64,000 nt of DNA from a virus, in UHGV virus genome UHGV-1366828. One strand, given 5' to 3'. This document shows, piece by piece, positions 48,162-56,519 of this stretch (its first letter is position 1; each line of letters starts with the position of its first letter). The notes under the pieces were generated by a model. That model did no database searches, had not been told where the DNA came from, and saw nothing but the letters and a program-made list of their open reading frames with translations. The translations under genes and the position numbers were made by a program.

Positions 48162-48494
48162 TTATAGATGTTTTCCTTCATACTTAGGGCGTTGCTGATT
48201 AAATTCATTACATTGCTCTTCTATAAGCATTTTTATCTCTAGGTCTGTAATAACAATACTCTTATTTGCCAGAATCTCTTTTATGGATTCAACCGCCTTT
48301 GCGTATTTCTCTGCGCCTAACATTTCTGGGTAGAGTTGTTCTACAGCTCTTACACAAGTTTTAACAGTGTCTCTCTTTTGTTTTTCTTGGCAGTTTTTCT
48401 GATACTTTTTTCCAATCCATGCTCCAACAGCTGTTATAATACCTGTTAGTATGGTGTAAAGTATCTGGTTACCATATAATACAAGAAATTGCAT
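48162..48494 (-). CDS. holin-like protein
   Basis: 110 aa; N-terminal TM (LYTILTGIITAVGAWIG), charged C-terminus; between endolysin and the second holin-like gene. Confidence 0.45.
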   Translation of the reverse strand: MQFLVLYGNQILYTILTGIITAVGAWIGKKYQKNCQEKQKRDTVKTCVRAVEQLYPEMLGAEKYAKAVESIKEILANKSIVITDLEIKMLIEEQCNEFNQQRPKYEGKHL

Positions 48495-48509
48495 ACTTTG
48501 TCCTCTTTA

Positions 48510-50048
48510 TTAAAATGTTCCAGAATCTACCCAACCATAAACTGTTGAACCCTGCCCCGGAACCTTAACTAAATGATACGGGTGTTTACCGTTACGGTTA
48601 ATAGCTGTAATTGTAGCCTTTCCTGGTCTGCATCTAAATCCAAATGCAAATGCTGATGAACTTGTATAGTGTGTGTTACCCTTAAAATTGACTACATCGC
48701 CCACTTCAGCAACTTTTGGAGCAACAGGAGTTGCAGGAGTCGGCGTAGGGGCAGGGGTTACATTTCCGTACTTTTTTAGGAATGTTTCTCCCATATTGGC
48801 TCTTGCCGCTTTCACTGCCTCGGACTGGTTTGCAGGTCGTTCGTAGTTTACTAAAATGAAGTCCGATGCTGCACGAACATCTTTTGCATTCTTTATTGTG
48901 TCGACTAGACCTTGATAACCTGCCATTTCGGAAACCATAAATTCCAACTGCATCTTCGGGTCGCCAATTGATCTGTTATTGGACTTAGCGTAGTTGTATA
49001 GTGCTTTCTTCCGTGACCAGTATGTCCACTGTACTAGACCATAGCCAACAGCATCGTTAACAAAGTTTGTGTACGTACCATTGTCTACGCTTTCAGTATA
49101 TGTCTTGTCGTTGTACCCCAAAGCTGCTTCGTAGGAATTCTGCATATTATTTGCTTGTAAAGCACTTTCTGCATAAAGGTTTCCCATGATTGCAGCTACA
49201 CCATACGGATTGTTGTAAACAGACATTAGGTAGTCCCACATCTGTTTTTCTGTCATTGCAGTTGTATTTCCAACCGGAACAGCAGGAATAATATTCGATA
49301 CATCGGTTGTTGTAGAACCTTCTGCAAGTACAATGTCCTTGATGTTAATCGGTGACATGATGCTGTTTGTACCGCTTGCATTCTTATCGATAACTACGCG
49401 GTCACCGTTTATAGCTAATACAACCCAGACGTCATTCTTTACAAAATCAGGAATAAATCCTCCAGTGTACCAGGTATTTCCAATAACTTTAACTTTACTT
49501 CCAACCTGAATATTCGTGTTAGGAACAGTTATTGAAGGTGCGGCAGGAACACTTGTAGCAGCATCATCATATTTCGGAAGTCCATATCCTCTAATATATC
49601 TGCTGTTAACTTGTCTGTTGGTAAATGCAACTGAATTATTGCAGTTTCCTTCAATAATTGTCATGTTCGTTCCCACAACAGAATAAACAATTCCTACGTG
49701 GTCAGCTACTCCTGTATTGTCTCCAAAGCCAGAATCTTGCCAATCATAGAAGATAATATCTCCTGGCTTTGGAGTATACGAATCATCTTCCATCCAACGG
49801 TTATGTTGCTGGAATAGTTGGATCATTCTAGGACAACTACATTCTGGGTAGATAATATCAGTGGCTCCGACCTTTTGTGCCACAGCAGATACAAATGTTG
49901 CACACCAAGGGTCAGTGTACGTCATTCTATAGCCTGCAGGTAACGGGGTTATAGTATTATAAGTATCAATTATAACACGATGTGTGCCATCTGATTCTCT
50001 ACGACCTAACCAAGCATTAGCTGCCTGTAAAACAGTACTTCTATCCAA
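48510..50048 (-). CDS. endolysin: CHAP peptidase + lysozyme-like domain + C-terminal SH3b-like binding domain
   Basis: 512 aa; CHAP 'WCATFVSAVAQ...DHVGIV'; central 'GVAAIMGNLYAESAL...GYGLVQWTYW' paralogous to the tail lysin domain; C-terminal 'GDVVNFKGNTHYTSS...HLVKVPGQGSTVYGWV' SH3_5-like. Confidence 0.8.
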   Translation of the reverse strand: MDRSTVLQAANAWLGRRESDGTHRVIIDTYNTITPLPAGYRMTYTDPWCATFVSAVAQKVGATDIIYPECSCPRMIQLFQQHNRWMEDDSYTPKPGDIIFYDWQDSGFGDNTGVADHVGIVYSVVGTNMTIIEGNCNNSVAFTNRQVNSRYIRGYGLPKYDDAATSVPAAPSITVPNTNIQVGSKVKVIGNTWYTGGFIPDFVKNDVWVVLAINGDRVVIDKNASGTNSIMSPINIKDIVLAEGSTTTDVSNIIPAVPVGNTTAMTEKQMWDYLMSVYNNPYGVAAIMGNLYAESALQANNMQNSYEAALGYNDKTYTESVDNGTYTNFVNDAVGYGLVQWTYWSRKKALYNYAKSNNRSIGDPKMQLEFMVSEMAGYQGLVDTIKNAKDVRAASDFILVNYERPANQSEAVKAARANMGETFLKKYGNVTPAPTPTPATPVAPKVAEVGDVVNFKGNTHYTSSSAFAFGFRCRPGKATITAINRNGKHPYHLVKVPGQGSTVYGWVDSGTF

Positions 50049-50066
50049 TACTCAATTCCTCCTGTC

Positions 50067-50543
50067 TTATAGAAACTTATTCTCTTTCAAACATTTCTGA
50101 TAAGTTTCAGTAACAAAACTTATTGCCGCAACAGCTTGCATGTTTTTAAACTGCGGGTGTTCTCGGCAGAAATTATCATAAAAAGATATGTCACTTAAAA
50201 CGTCCCTGAAGTACTCATGTGAGTGTTCAATGCCCAATCGTAATTCATCGGATGCTCGAAGTATTCTTCTTCGTGCGTCTTTTGCTTCGCATTCTTCTTG
50301 ATAATACATGAATTTTCTTCGGGCTTCTTCAATGTCGTCTAGTCTCTTATCAGTTATTTTCTGATATTTTAACTGAGATTCTTTTAACTCTGTTACGCTC
50401 TGTAATACGTCGTGGTTCAGTGCTTTTCCAATTACTCTTCCTAACCAACTCCAGGGGTTTATCTTTAAAGGGCTTATCTGTACCAGTGTTAGTAGGATCA
50501 ACAGCCCTCCTCCGCTGTATCTAAAAATCTGTTCTAATGGCAT
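50067..50543 (-). CDS. membrane protein of the lysis region (N-terminal TM)
   Basis: 158 aa; 'GGGLLILLTLVQISPL' TM then coiled-coil-like charged region. Confidence 0.4.
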   Translation of the reverse strand: MPLEQIFRYSGGGLLILLTLVQISPLKINPWSWLGRVIGKALNHDVLQSVTELKESQLKYQKITDKRLDDIEEARRKFMYYQEECEAKDARRRILRASDELRLGIEHSHEYFRDVLSDISFYDNFCREHPQFKNMQAVAAISFVTETYQKCLKENKFL

Positions 50544-50609
50544 TTGTATACATTTCCTTTACTTTATTTTACATGACAGCTACCTCGGTCTTCTTCAGTT
50601 CTTTGTTGA

Positions 50610-50636
50610 TTTATACAATAATTTTAGCGTTGACAA
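50610..50636 (-). promoter_or_regulatory. candidate sigma70-like promoter for the lysis operon
   Basis: Minus strand TTGTCA (50636-50631), 15 nt spacer, TATAAA (50615-50610). Confidence 0.3.
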
Positions 50637-50659
50637 TATTACAGATAGTAGGTTTACTT

Positions 50660-50703
50660 TTTATAATAAAAAATGCTCAGAGCCTGTTTTAGCCCTGAGC
50701 ATT
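50660..50703 (-). terminator. rho-independent terminator downstream of the SHMT gene
   Basis: Minus strand ATGCTCAGGGCTAAAACAGGCTCTGAGCAT (about 11 bp stem) followed by TTTTTTATTATAAAAAG. Confidence 0.55.
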
Positions 50704-50725
50704 AGTATAATAGTTAAACTTGAGT

Positions 50726-51919
50726 TTACTTCTTCCGTTCTTGCATTTCCTTAATCACTTTGTCAATATCGTGTGCAACTTTTATGAAATCGTTTTTCTT
50801 GTATCCCTTAGTTGTCATAGCTGCTGTTCCAATACGAACACCTGAAGCCTGTTGAGGAGAACGAGTTTCTGTTGGGACACAATTCTTATTTAAAGTAATA
50901 TGATGTTTGTCCAATTCGTCTTGTACTTCTTTTCCTGTTAGGCCTGTTGCAGTTAAATCAACAAGGAATAGATGATTGTCTGTACCTCCAGTAACTATCT
51001 TATACCCCATAGAGATAAACTCGTAGCACATCGCCTTGCAGTTACCTACAACGTCGTGTATGTAATTCTTAAACTCTTCTGTACAAGCCTCTTCTGCGGC
51101 CACAGCCTTTCCGGCAATTACGTGTTCAAGCGGCCCACCTTGTGTACCAGGGAAAATTGTACTGTCAACTTTCTTAGCAAGTTCTGGCTTACAGAAAATA
51201 AGACCTCCGCGTGGGCCTCGAAGTGTTTTGTGAGTTGTTGTAGTAATAATGTCGGCAAGACCAAACGGTGAGGGGTGATCTCCTGCAGCTATAAGACCTG
51301 CAATATGCGCCATGTCGACCATAAAGTATGCGCCGACAGATTTAGCAATCTCTGCAAACTTTTCAAAATCAATTATACGACTGTAAGCGGAAGCTCCAGC
51401 AAGAATAAGCTTCGGACGAAACTCTTCTGCCTTACTCTTAACATCATTGAAATCAATAAATCCTTCGGCATCAACATCATAAAATTTCATGTTGAATAGC
51501 TTTCCGCTGAAGTTAACAGAAGAGCCATGAGTAAGATGACCACCGTTATTAAGTGACATAGCAAGAATAGTGTCTCCAGGCTTAAGAACACTCATGTATG
51601 CAGCAAGATTAGCACTAGAACCGCTGTGAGGTTGAACATTTACATGATAATCAGTGTTAAATACCTTACGCCACATATCACAGCAGTATTCTTCAAGTTC
51701 GTCAATATATTCACAACCACCGTAATATCTGCCCTTACTTCCCGATTTGTGATTTGCTGGGTAGCCTTCAGAATACTTATTTGTCAAACATGAACCGACA
51801 GCCTTTAAAACATTTTCACTTACAAAGTTTTCACTAGCAATCAATTCAACTGTCGTATCTTGACGGTGCTTCTCTTTTTCAATGATGTCAAATACTTTGG
51901 AATCCAATTTTACCTCCAC
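50726..51919 (-). CDS. glyA: serine hydroxymethyltransferase
   Basis: 397 aa; 'VELIASENFVSENVLKAVGSCLTNKYSEGYP', 'VQPHSGSSANLAAY', and the PLP-lysine region 'TTTTHKTLRGPRGG' are canonical SHMT motifs. Confidence 0.85.
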   Translation of the reverse strand: MEVKLDSKVFDIIEKEKHRQDTTVELIASENFVSENVLKAVGSCLTNKYSEGYPANHKSGSKGRYYGGCEYIDELEEYCCDMWRKVFNTDYHVNVQPHSGSSANLAAYMSVLKPGDTILAMSLNNGGHLTHGSSVNFSGKLFNMKFYDVDAEGFIDFNDVKSKAEEFRPKLILAGASAYSRIIDFEKFAEIAKSVGAYFMVDMAHIAGLIAAGDHPSPFGLADIITTTTHKTLRGPRGGLIFCKPELAKKVDSTIFPGTQGGPLEHVIAGKAVAAEEACTEEFKNYIHDVVGNCKAMCYEFISMGYKIVTGGTDNHLFLVDLTATGLTGKEVQDELDKHHITLNKNCVPTETRSPQQASGVRIGTAAMTTKGYKKNDFIKVAHDIDKVIKEMQERKK

Positions 51920-51987
51920 GAGCTTTACGCTCTTATAAAATAATTATTGTGTGGCTTTTCAAGACGTTGCAATAGGGGTGCAAGCAA

Positions 51988-52173
51988 TTATTTATTCTTA
52001 TCGATATATAGTAATAAGAGAGCCGGAATTGCTGGGCATACCCCAAGCAAACAAGCAAGCATAAATGACAAAGTATATCTATTGTTTGTTACGATAGCAT
52101 ATACAATATTAAACAGAAGAAATGCAATGACAAAACATTGCATCATCTTCTGCCATACAACTTTCTTACTCAT
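51988..52173 (-). CDS. small membrane protein
   Basis: 61 aa, two hydrophobic helices. Confidence 0.3.
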   Translation of the reverse strand: MSKKVVWQKMMQCFVIAFLLFNIVYAIVTNNRYTLSFMLACLLGVCPAIPALLLLYIDKNK

Positions 52174-52181
52174 ACAGATAT

Positions 52182-52463
52182 TTAATCGCAGTACGGTTCA
52201 CGCACAGTATACTTATATCCGTCATCAAGCTTCTCCAGACTGTAACAACCTCGGAAGTAATATGCGGCATCATGGGCTTTTTCTGCACCGTACTGGATAT
52301 TAGCAGACCATTCCCCCGAGGAAGGAAGATCTTTATTGAATACATTTTCTTTAATGTATTTCAGAACTTCATCAAGGCTTTCTCCGTCTGTAGTAATCTT
52401 CCATACTCGAAAAGTGTCACCATACCGTTTATACTGCCCCGCATGAATCAGTTCGGATTTCAT
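52182..52463 (-). CDS. hypothetical protein
   Basis: 93 aa ORF. Confidence 0.35.
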   Translation of the reverse strand: MKSELIHAGQYKRYGDTFRVWKITTDGESLDEVLKYIKENVFNKDLPSSGEWSANIQYGAEKAHDAAYYFRGCYSLEKLDDGYKYTVREPYCD

Positions 52464-52467
52464 ATGT

Positions 52468-53094
52468 TTAATTCTCCTTTTCTGTATTTGTTTTTCCTGT
52501 TATAAATTCTGAGTGAGGCAATGTTTCAAGCCACTGACAAAACTCTCTCCACTCAGGAAGGCGGTGATCTTTACGCTGTGCATAGATAGTTTTAAGCTGA
52601 CGATAATTTGTCGTAATACCCGCAGTTAACTGAAACCCTGCCGGATTACTATAAAGAATTTCAAGGTACATCTCTTTTAGCTGTTCTTTGGTCATAGTTT
52701 CTAAAAGAGTATTATACTTCTCAATCTTCTTTTTCATAATGTTGATAATCTTAGGGTCTACATACTTAATGTACTGTTTATCAACATCAAATTTTGTAAT
52801 ACGGTGCATGGTACTCTGACTACTTACAAAATCAAAGAAGTGATATCGTTCAGCTTCTGTCCAGGCCTTAACAGTGAACGTTAAATCAAACTGAACAACA
52901 ATACCTGTAAGAAACTGGTCATGCCCTGCACCCTTTTCTGCAGCAGCAAGTTTTGCTATCCGAGGTGTAAGTTCGGCGGTAAGTGTCTTTGTGTCAACTG
53001 CCATTGGATATTTAGCTCTAACTAAAGATTCATCCAGCCCATATACACAAGCATGTTCAACACAACGACAGTTTGGAACGAAATAACAACTCAT
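52468..53094 (-). CDS. divergent ThyX-like (flavin-dependent thymidylate synthase-like) protein, paralog 1
   Basis: 208 aa; 'ITTNYRQLKTIYAQRKDHRLPEW' resembles the ThyX C-terminal '[23 protein letters not shown]' region; 'STMHRITKF' sits where ThyX has RHRxxS. Paralogous to 59362..60126 (shared 'EW(R/H)xFCxW(L/I)ETLP(H/Y)SE(F/L)ITGK'). Confidence 0.35.
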   Translation of the reverse strand: MSCYFVPNCRCVEHACVYGLDESLVRAKYPMAVDTKTLTAELTPRIAKLAAAEKGAGHDQFLTGIVVQFDLTFTVKAWTEAERYHFFDFVSSQSTMHRITKFDVDKQYIKYVDPKIINIMKKKIEKYNTLLETMTKEQLKEMYLEILYSNPAGFQLTAGITTNYRQLKTIYAQRKDHRLPEWREFCQWLETLPHSEFITGKTNTEKEN

Positions 53095-53129
53095 GTAGTA
53101 TATCTCCTATTAGTCTTATTTAAACTTCA

Positions 53130-53351
53130 TTACTTAATGACAAGGTCTGCATCAATAACGGCAACATTGTCAGTGTCTTTAAACGTCATTAGAAGTCCTT
53201 CCTTCAGTGTGGCAGCGTTATAGCGAATACCATCATAGGATTTGACTTGCTGAATTCTCATATACTCGATGCCGTTAAACAGAAATACGTCGCCTGTTGT
53301 GATCATACGAAACTCACATAAATTCTGTTTGTTATTATAAACAATATTCAT
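53130..53351 (-). CDS. small protein, paralog family member 1 of 4
   Basis: 73 aa; MNIVYNNK...GDVFLFNG.EYMR...YNAATL..G....F.D...V.VIDADLVIK. Confidence 0.5.
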   Translation of the reverse strand: MNIVYNNKQNLCEFRMITTGDVFLFNGIEYMRIQQVKSYDGIRYNAATLKEGLLMTFKDTDNVAVIDADLVIK

Positions 53352-53398
53352 ACTATTTTACGTCCTCTTTTCAACATAAAGTTGTTGCATATTATCCG

Positions 53399-53614
53399 TT
53401 AATAAATCTCAGAAACAGCCCACCTGTTTTTCACAAATGACAGAAGAAATACCCTGCCTCCACTGACACTGCATTTGAATCGGATATTGTTTTCTTCTGT
53501 TCTTGTTGTTTCGGTGATTTTATTCACATATAGAGAGTTTCTATGACAATCAGTTATTCCCAACGGAATAATCTCTCCATTCGGATAAAAATCTGCTCTG
53601 ACAATATACTCCAT
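53399..53614 (-). CDS. hypothetical small protein
   Basis: 71 aa ORF. Confidence 0.3.
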   Translation of the reverse strand: MEYIVRADFYPNGEIIPLGITDCHRNSLYVNKITETTRTEENNIRFKCSVSGGRVFLLSFVKNRWAVSEIY

Positions 53615-53656
53615 TTAAGTCAGCCCTTTTCCTGTTTAATAATCCGTATTCTATAC

Positions 53657-53824
53657 TTAGTAGTAAATGTCGTACTCCATCATGTCTACTTTGTAATCGT
53701 CCTGAATACAAACAAATTCGGGTTCTTCAAAATGAAAGTAAGCAATCTGATCAGCACTGTCGATACTGTTAGCTATCACATAGAAATACTCTCCGGTCTG
53801 ATTGTCATAATACAAACAATTCAT
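53657..53824 (-). CDS. hypothetical small protein (55 aa, below ORF-track cutoff)
   Basis: ATG 53824 ... TAA 53657; MNCLYYDNQTGEYFYVIANSIDSADQIAYFHFEEPEFVCIQDDYKVDMMEYDIYY. Confidence 0.25.
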   Translation of the reverse strand: MNCLYYDNQTGEYFYVIANSIDSADQIAYFHFEEPEFVCIQDDYKVDMMEYDIYY

Positions 53825-53836
53825 ATTAGTACCCTT

Positions 53837-54058
53837 TCAAGAAACAACAAGCTGAGCTTTTACCGGAGTCACTTCATCGTTGTCGTTGAAGTAGGCGAAA
53901 CCATCAATATCCAAGCTAACAGCATTGTAGGGCTCTCCAGTGCTTTTAGAGATAACCTCCGGCGTACTCATATACAGAGTACCAGTATAAGAAAATACAT
54001 CTCCGATAGCAATCGCTTTGAATGCAATTCTGTCCTTTTTCTTATAAACAATATCCAT
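53837..54058 (-). CDS. small protein, paralog family member 2 of 4
   Basis: Start taken at internal ATG 54058 (MDIVYKKKDRIAFKAIAIGDVFSYTGTLYM...VKAQLVVS) to match family length and start motif. Confidence 0.45.
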   Translation of the reverse strand: MDIVYKKKDRIAFKAIAIGDVFSYTGTLYMSTPEVISKSTGEPYNAVSLDIDGFAYFNDNDEVTPVKAQLVVS

Positions 54059-54096
54059 TTCTATATCCTCCTTTATAATTGGTGCAGAGTTGCGCA

Positions 54097-54312
54097 TTAG
54101 TGTATTACAAGGTCAGCATCGACCAACCGAACCAATTCATCGCCAATAAAACAGGTAATTATGCCATTCTCAAGACAGATTGCATTATATACATGGCCAT
54201 TAGAAGCGGTATTTTCGAACTTCATAAAAATGTTATTTCTGTATTCAAAAATTTCACCTACACCTGCTTCATCAAAGAGACGCTCGTCATTATTTTTTCT
54301 GACAATATTCAT
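54097..54312 (-). CDS. small protein, paralog family member 3 of 4
   Basis: Start taken at internal ATG 54312 (MNIVRKNNDERLFDEAGVGEIFEY...VDADLVIH); avoids overlap with the next paralog. Confidence 0.45.
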   Translation of the reverse strand: MNIVRKNNDERLFDEAGVGEIFEYRNNIFMKFENTASNGHVYNAICLENGIITCFIGDELVRLVDADLVIH

Positions 54313-54355
54313 AACTTTTGACCTCCATTGGTTTAGAATATGATACCGTTTGTCA

Positions 54356-54574
54356 TCAACGAATAATAAGTTCTGCATCGAGTTTTTCAACACAGTCGGG
54401 GTTCTCAAAAAAGGCAAACTCGCCATCCACAACACTTACTGTATTGCATAAAACATCGCTTGACTTGCAAAGCCTCGTACGCATATAAAGTTCGCCTCCC
54501 CAAGAAAAAACTTCTCCAATTCCAACAGATTCAAATGTAGTATTATTCTTTACTCTCTTATCACTGACTTGCAT
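54356..54574 (-). CDS. small protein, paralog family member 4 of 4
   Basis: 72 aa; ...ESVGIGEVFSWGGELYMR...CNTVSVVDGEFAFFENPDCVEKLDAELIIR. Confidence 0.5.
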   Translation of the reverse strand: MQVSDKRVKNNTTFESVGIGEVFSWGGELYMRTRLCKSSDVLCNTVSVVDGEFAFFENPDCVEKLDAELIIR

Positions 54575-54612
54575 TATATATCTCCTTTTATAGGTTGAAA
54601 AGGTGAGGAAGA

Positions 54613-54885
54613 TTACTCCTCTTCGTCTTTCATGAACTGAACCATATACGGTTTATACGTATCACGACTATTGGCCTTATCATACGCCCAGAATCCAAAA
54701 TCTTCTTTTGCTTTGTCTCGGTCTGCGTCAGTGAAGTTGAACAGCTCGATGGGACTATATTTTTCTTCAAGGAATGACTTGAACTTGTCGTCGGTCTGCC
54801 AACTGTCTACAAGGGCATCAAAATATTTCTTATGCGCATAGTCAGACAGAATGTCATTATTGCGAGAACTATACCATACTTTCAT
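54613..54885 (-). CDS. hypothetical protein
   Basis: 90 aa ORF. Confidence 0.35.
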   Translation of the reverse strand: MKVWYSSRNNDILSDYAHKKYFDALVDSWQTDDKFKSFLEEKYSPIELFNFTDADRDKAKEDFGFWAYDKANSRDTYKPYMVQFMKDEEE

Positions 54886-54903
54886 TTCCGTATCCTCCGT
54901 TTA

Positions 54904-55200
54904 TTATTTATTATTTATCAATATAAAGTCGTCAAGTGAAATCTGCCCCTCTAAAACCTCTTCAGGCTCTTTAGGCGGAACACATTCGTAAAGAACTTCT
55001 CCCGTAGTAAGATCCTCAATGTAGATCTTCTTACAATTGATACAAGTCCTATTACAAGGGGTTAACAAGGAATTCCCCCGTTCAAACTGTAACTGTTCTT
55101 CTGCAAAAGCAGCCATCGCCTTAATCGTCACGTCATCAGAAAATAGAGCAATAGTATATTCACTTGCATCTGTAACAATATTTGCACAGTACTTGGTCAT
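54904..55200 (-). CDS. hypothetical Cys-rich protein
   Basis: 98 aa; TPCNRTCINCKK...YECVPP suggests a Zn-binding motif. Confidence 0.35.
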   Translation of the reverse strand: MTKYCANIVTDASEYTIALFSDDVTIKAMAAFAEEQLQFERGNSLLTPCNRTCINCKKIYIEDLTTGEVLYECVPPKEPEEVLEGQISLDDFILINNK

Positions 55201-55281
55201 TGTCCGTTCCTTTCTATAGTTTAATCTTTATATAATACAATAGGCATGCTGAATAAACACGCCTATAATCTTCAATTCTTA

Positions 55282-55788
55282 TCACCGAGTGTAAGGAGTG
55301 AGCTGGTAGTCACCGACCTTGTAGATGTTGTCAATCTTGATTGTGGCGATAGGACGAGACTTCTCATTGAAGTAAGAATCACGAACCATCTCGCGCATCT
55401 CTTCGTCCAGGTCGTTAAAGTGATATTCCGAATGACCAGGAGTTACCAGTATGTAGGACACCTTCTTGTTGGTGCCTTTCTTTGTGGGGAATACCCGAAG
55501 GTACATCTGCTCCGTATCAGTGTTCTGATAGATACGACCTCTCTGAACAGGAACAATGTGATTCTTACGAGTATGAGTGACTTCCGAACGACCTTCGCGT
55601 TCCTCAACGACAGACTTAATCTTGCCGTAGTTAACACCGGTACGAACAGTGGACTCAGTCTTTTTAAGGATCTTCCAGCCTTCTTTGGCATAAGCAGCCT
55701 TCACGGGCAGCTCAGTAATATAACCGATACGGAAGAAAGTGCCAGACCGGATGCCGCCCAGGGCTTCTTCAAGAAACGAGTAAGTCAT
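55282..55788 (-). CDS. hypothetical basic protein, compositionally GC-rich (probably highly expressed)
   Basis: 168 aa; the antisense +strand ORF 55246..55791 is rejected; Lys/Arg-rich. Confidence 0.45.
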   Translation of the reverse strand: MTYSFLEEALGGIRSGTFFRIGYITELPVKAAYAKEGWKILKKTESTVRTGVNYGKIKSVVEEREGRSEVTHTRKNHIVPVQRGRIYQNTDTEQMYLRVFPTKKGTNKKVSYILVTPGHSEYHFNDLDEEMREMVRDSYFNEKSRPIATIKIDNIYKVGDYQLTPYTR

Positions 55789-55813
55789 TGAAAACTCCTC
55801 CTGTTAATTGATG

Positions 55814-55848
55814 TTTACACATTCATTTTAATATAAAATGAATGTAAA
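55814..55848. repeat. perfect 12-3-12 inverted repeat (ACATTCATTTTA-ATA-TAAAATGAATGT) with flanking TTTAC/GTAAA
   Basis: Read directly at 55819-55845 in the 71 nt intergenic gap between genes at 55788 and 55860. Confidence 0.6.
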
Positions 55849-55859
55849 TTCAACTAACC

Positions 55860-56108
55860 TTACTTGTCAAGTTTCTTGATATCTCCACAGTAAAGGAGAA
55901 ATTCAAAATGTTTATCAACAAAGCTGGCTCCATAATAGCCTGGGGCAGTAAGAGTTACAAATCCGTCGCTGCCGTTCTTCAGACTTGCTTCTGTATATAC
56001 GGTATCTTCTACCCTGGCAGCCCTAAACGGAATATTGTCCGGAATTAACTTGACAAGATACTTCACATCTTCGGGAAAACGTATATAATTTTCCTTCTTC
56101 TTTGCCAT
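55860..56108 (-). CDS. hypothetical protein
   Basis: 82 aa ORF. Confidence 0.35.
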   Translation of the reverse strand: MAKKKENYIRFPEDVKYLVKLIPDNIPFRAARVEDTVYTEASLKNGSDGFVTLTAPGYYGASFVDKHFEFLLYCGDIKKLDK

Positions 56109-56111
56109 CTG

Positions 56112-56498
56112 TCAATCCTCCAAAGGAACGGGTATTTTCATTAACTTAGGATTCTTCTTTAGTAGCCACTTATCAATCAGGTCACTCAGTTCTTTTGAAC
56201 AGTTATAACACACTGATAATTTCGTGCTAGTTGCTTCCCTAAAATATTCTGCTTTCCCTGTTATTCTTCCTATATGTAAGATGCAAGGATTGGCGTATAT
56301 AGGACTACCACATATCTCACAAATAGATGAAACTTTAACAGCGGGCGTTGCAACGTCTTGTACAACCGCTGTGTTATTTTCTTTATACGTTTCTTTAACA
56401 ACAGGAGTAGAAGGAGGAGAAACTTCTGGGATATCAAGAAGGTTCATCTTTTCAAGTGTTGTTTTGTTCTTACTTCCCTTTGGTCTACCACGAGGCAT
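56112..56498 (-). CDS. AT-hook + zinc-ribbon DNA-binding protein
   Basis: 128 aa; N-terminal 'MPRGRPKGSKNK' is a canonical AT-hook; 'CEICGSPIYANPCILH...CYNCSKE' has two Cys pairs. Confidence 0.5.
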   Translation of the reverse strand: MPRGRPKGSKNKTTLEKMNLLDIPEVSPPSTPVVKETYKENNTAVVQDVATPAVKVSSICEICGSPIYANPCILHIGRITGKAEYFREATSTKLSVCYNCSKELSDLIDKWLLKKNPKLMKIPVPLED

Positions 56499-56519
56499 CT
56501 GTATTCTCCTCCTATAATG

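Noticed and set aside
53543-54100. 185 aa plus-strand ORF
   Set aside because: Spans several minus-strand small paralog genes antisense. Low-complexity hydrophobic product.
55246-55791. 181 aa plus-strand ORF
   Set aside because: Complete antisense overlap with the GC-rich 168 aa minus-strand gene, whose orientation matches all neighbours. Kept the minus ORF.
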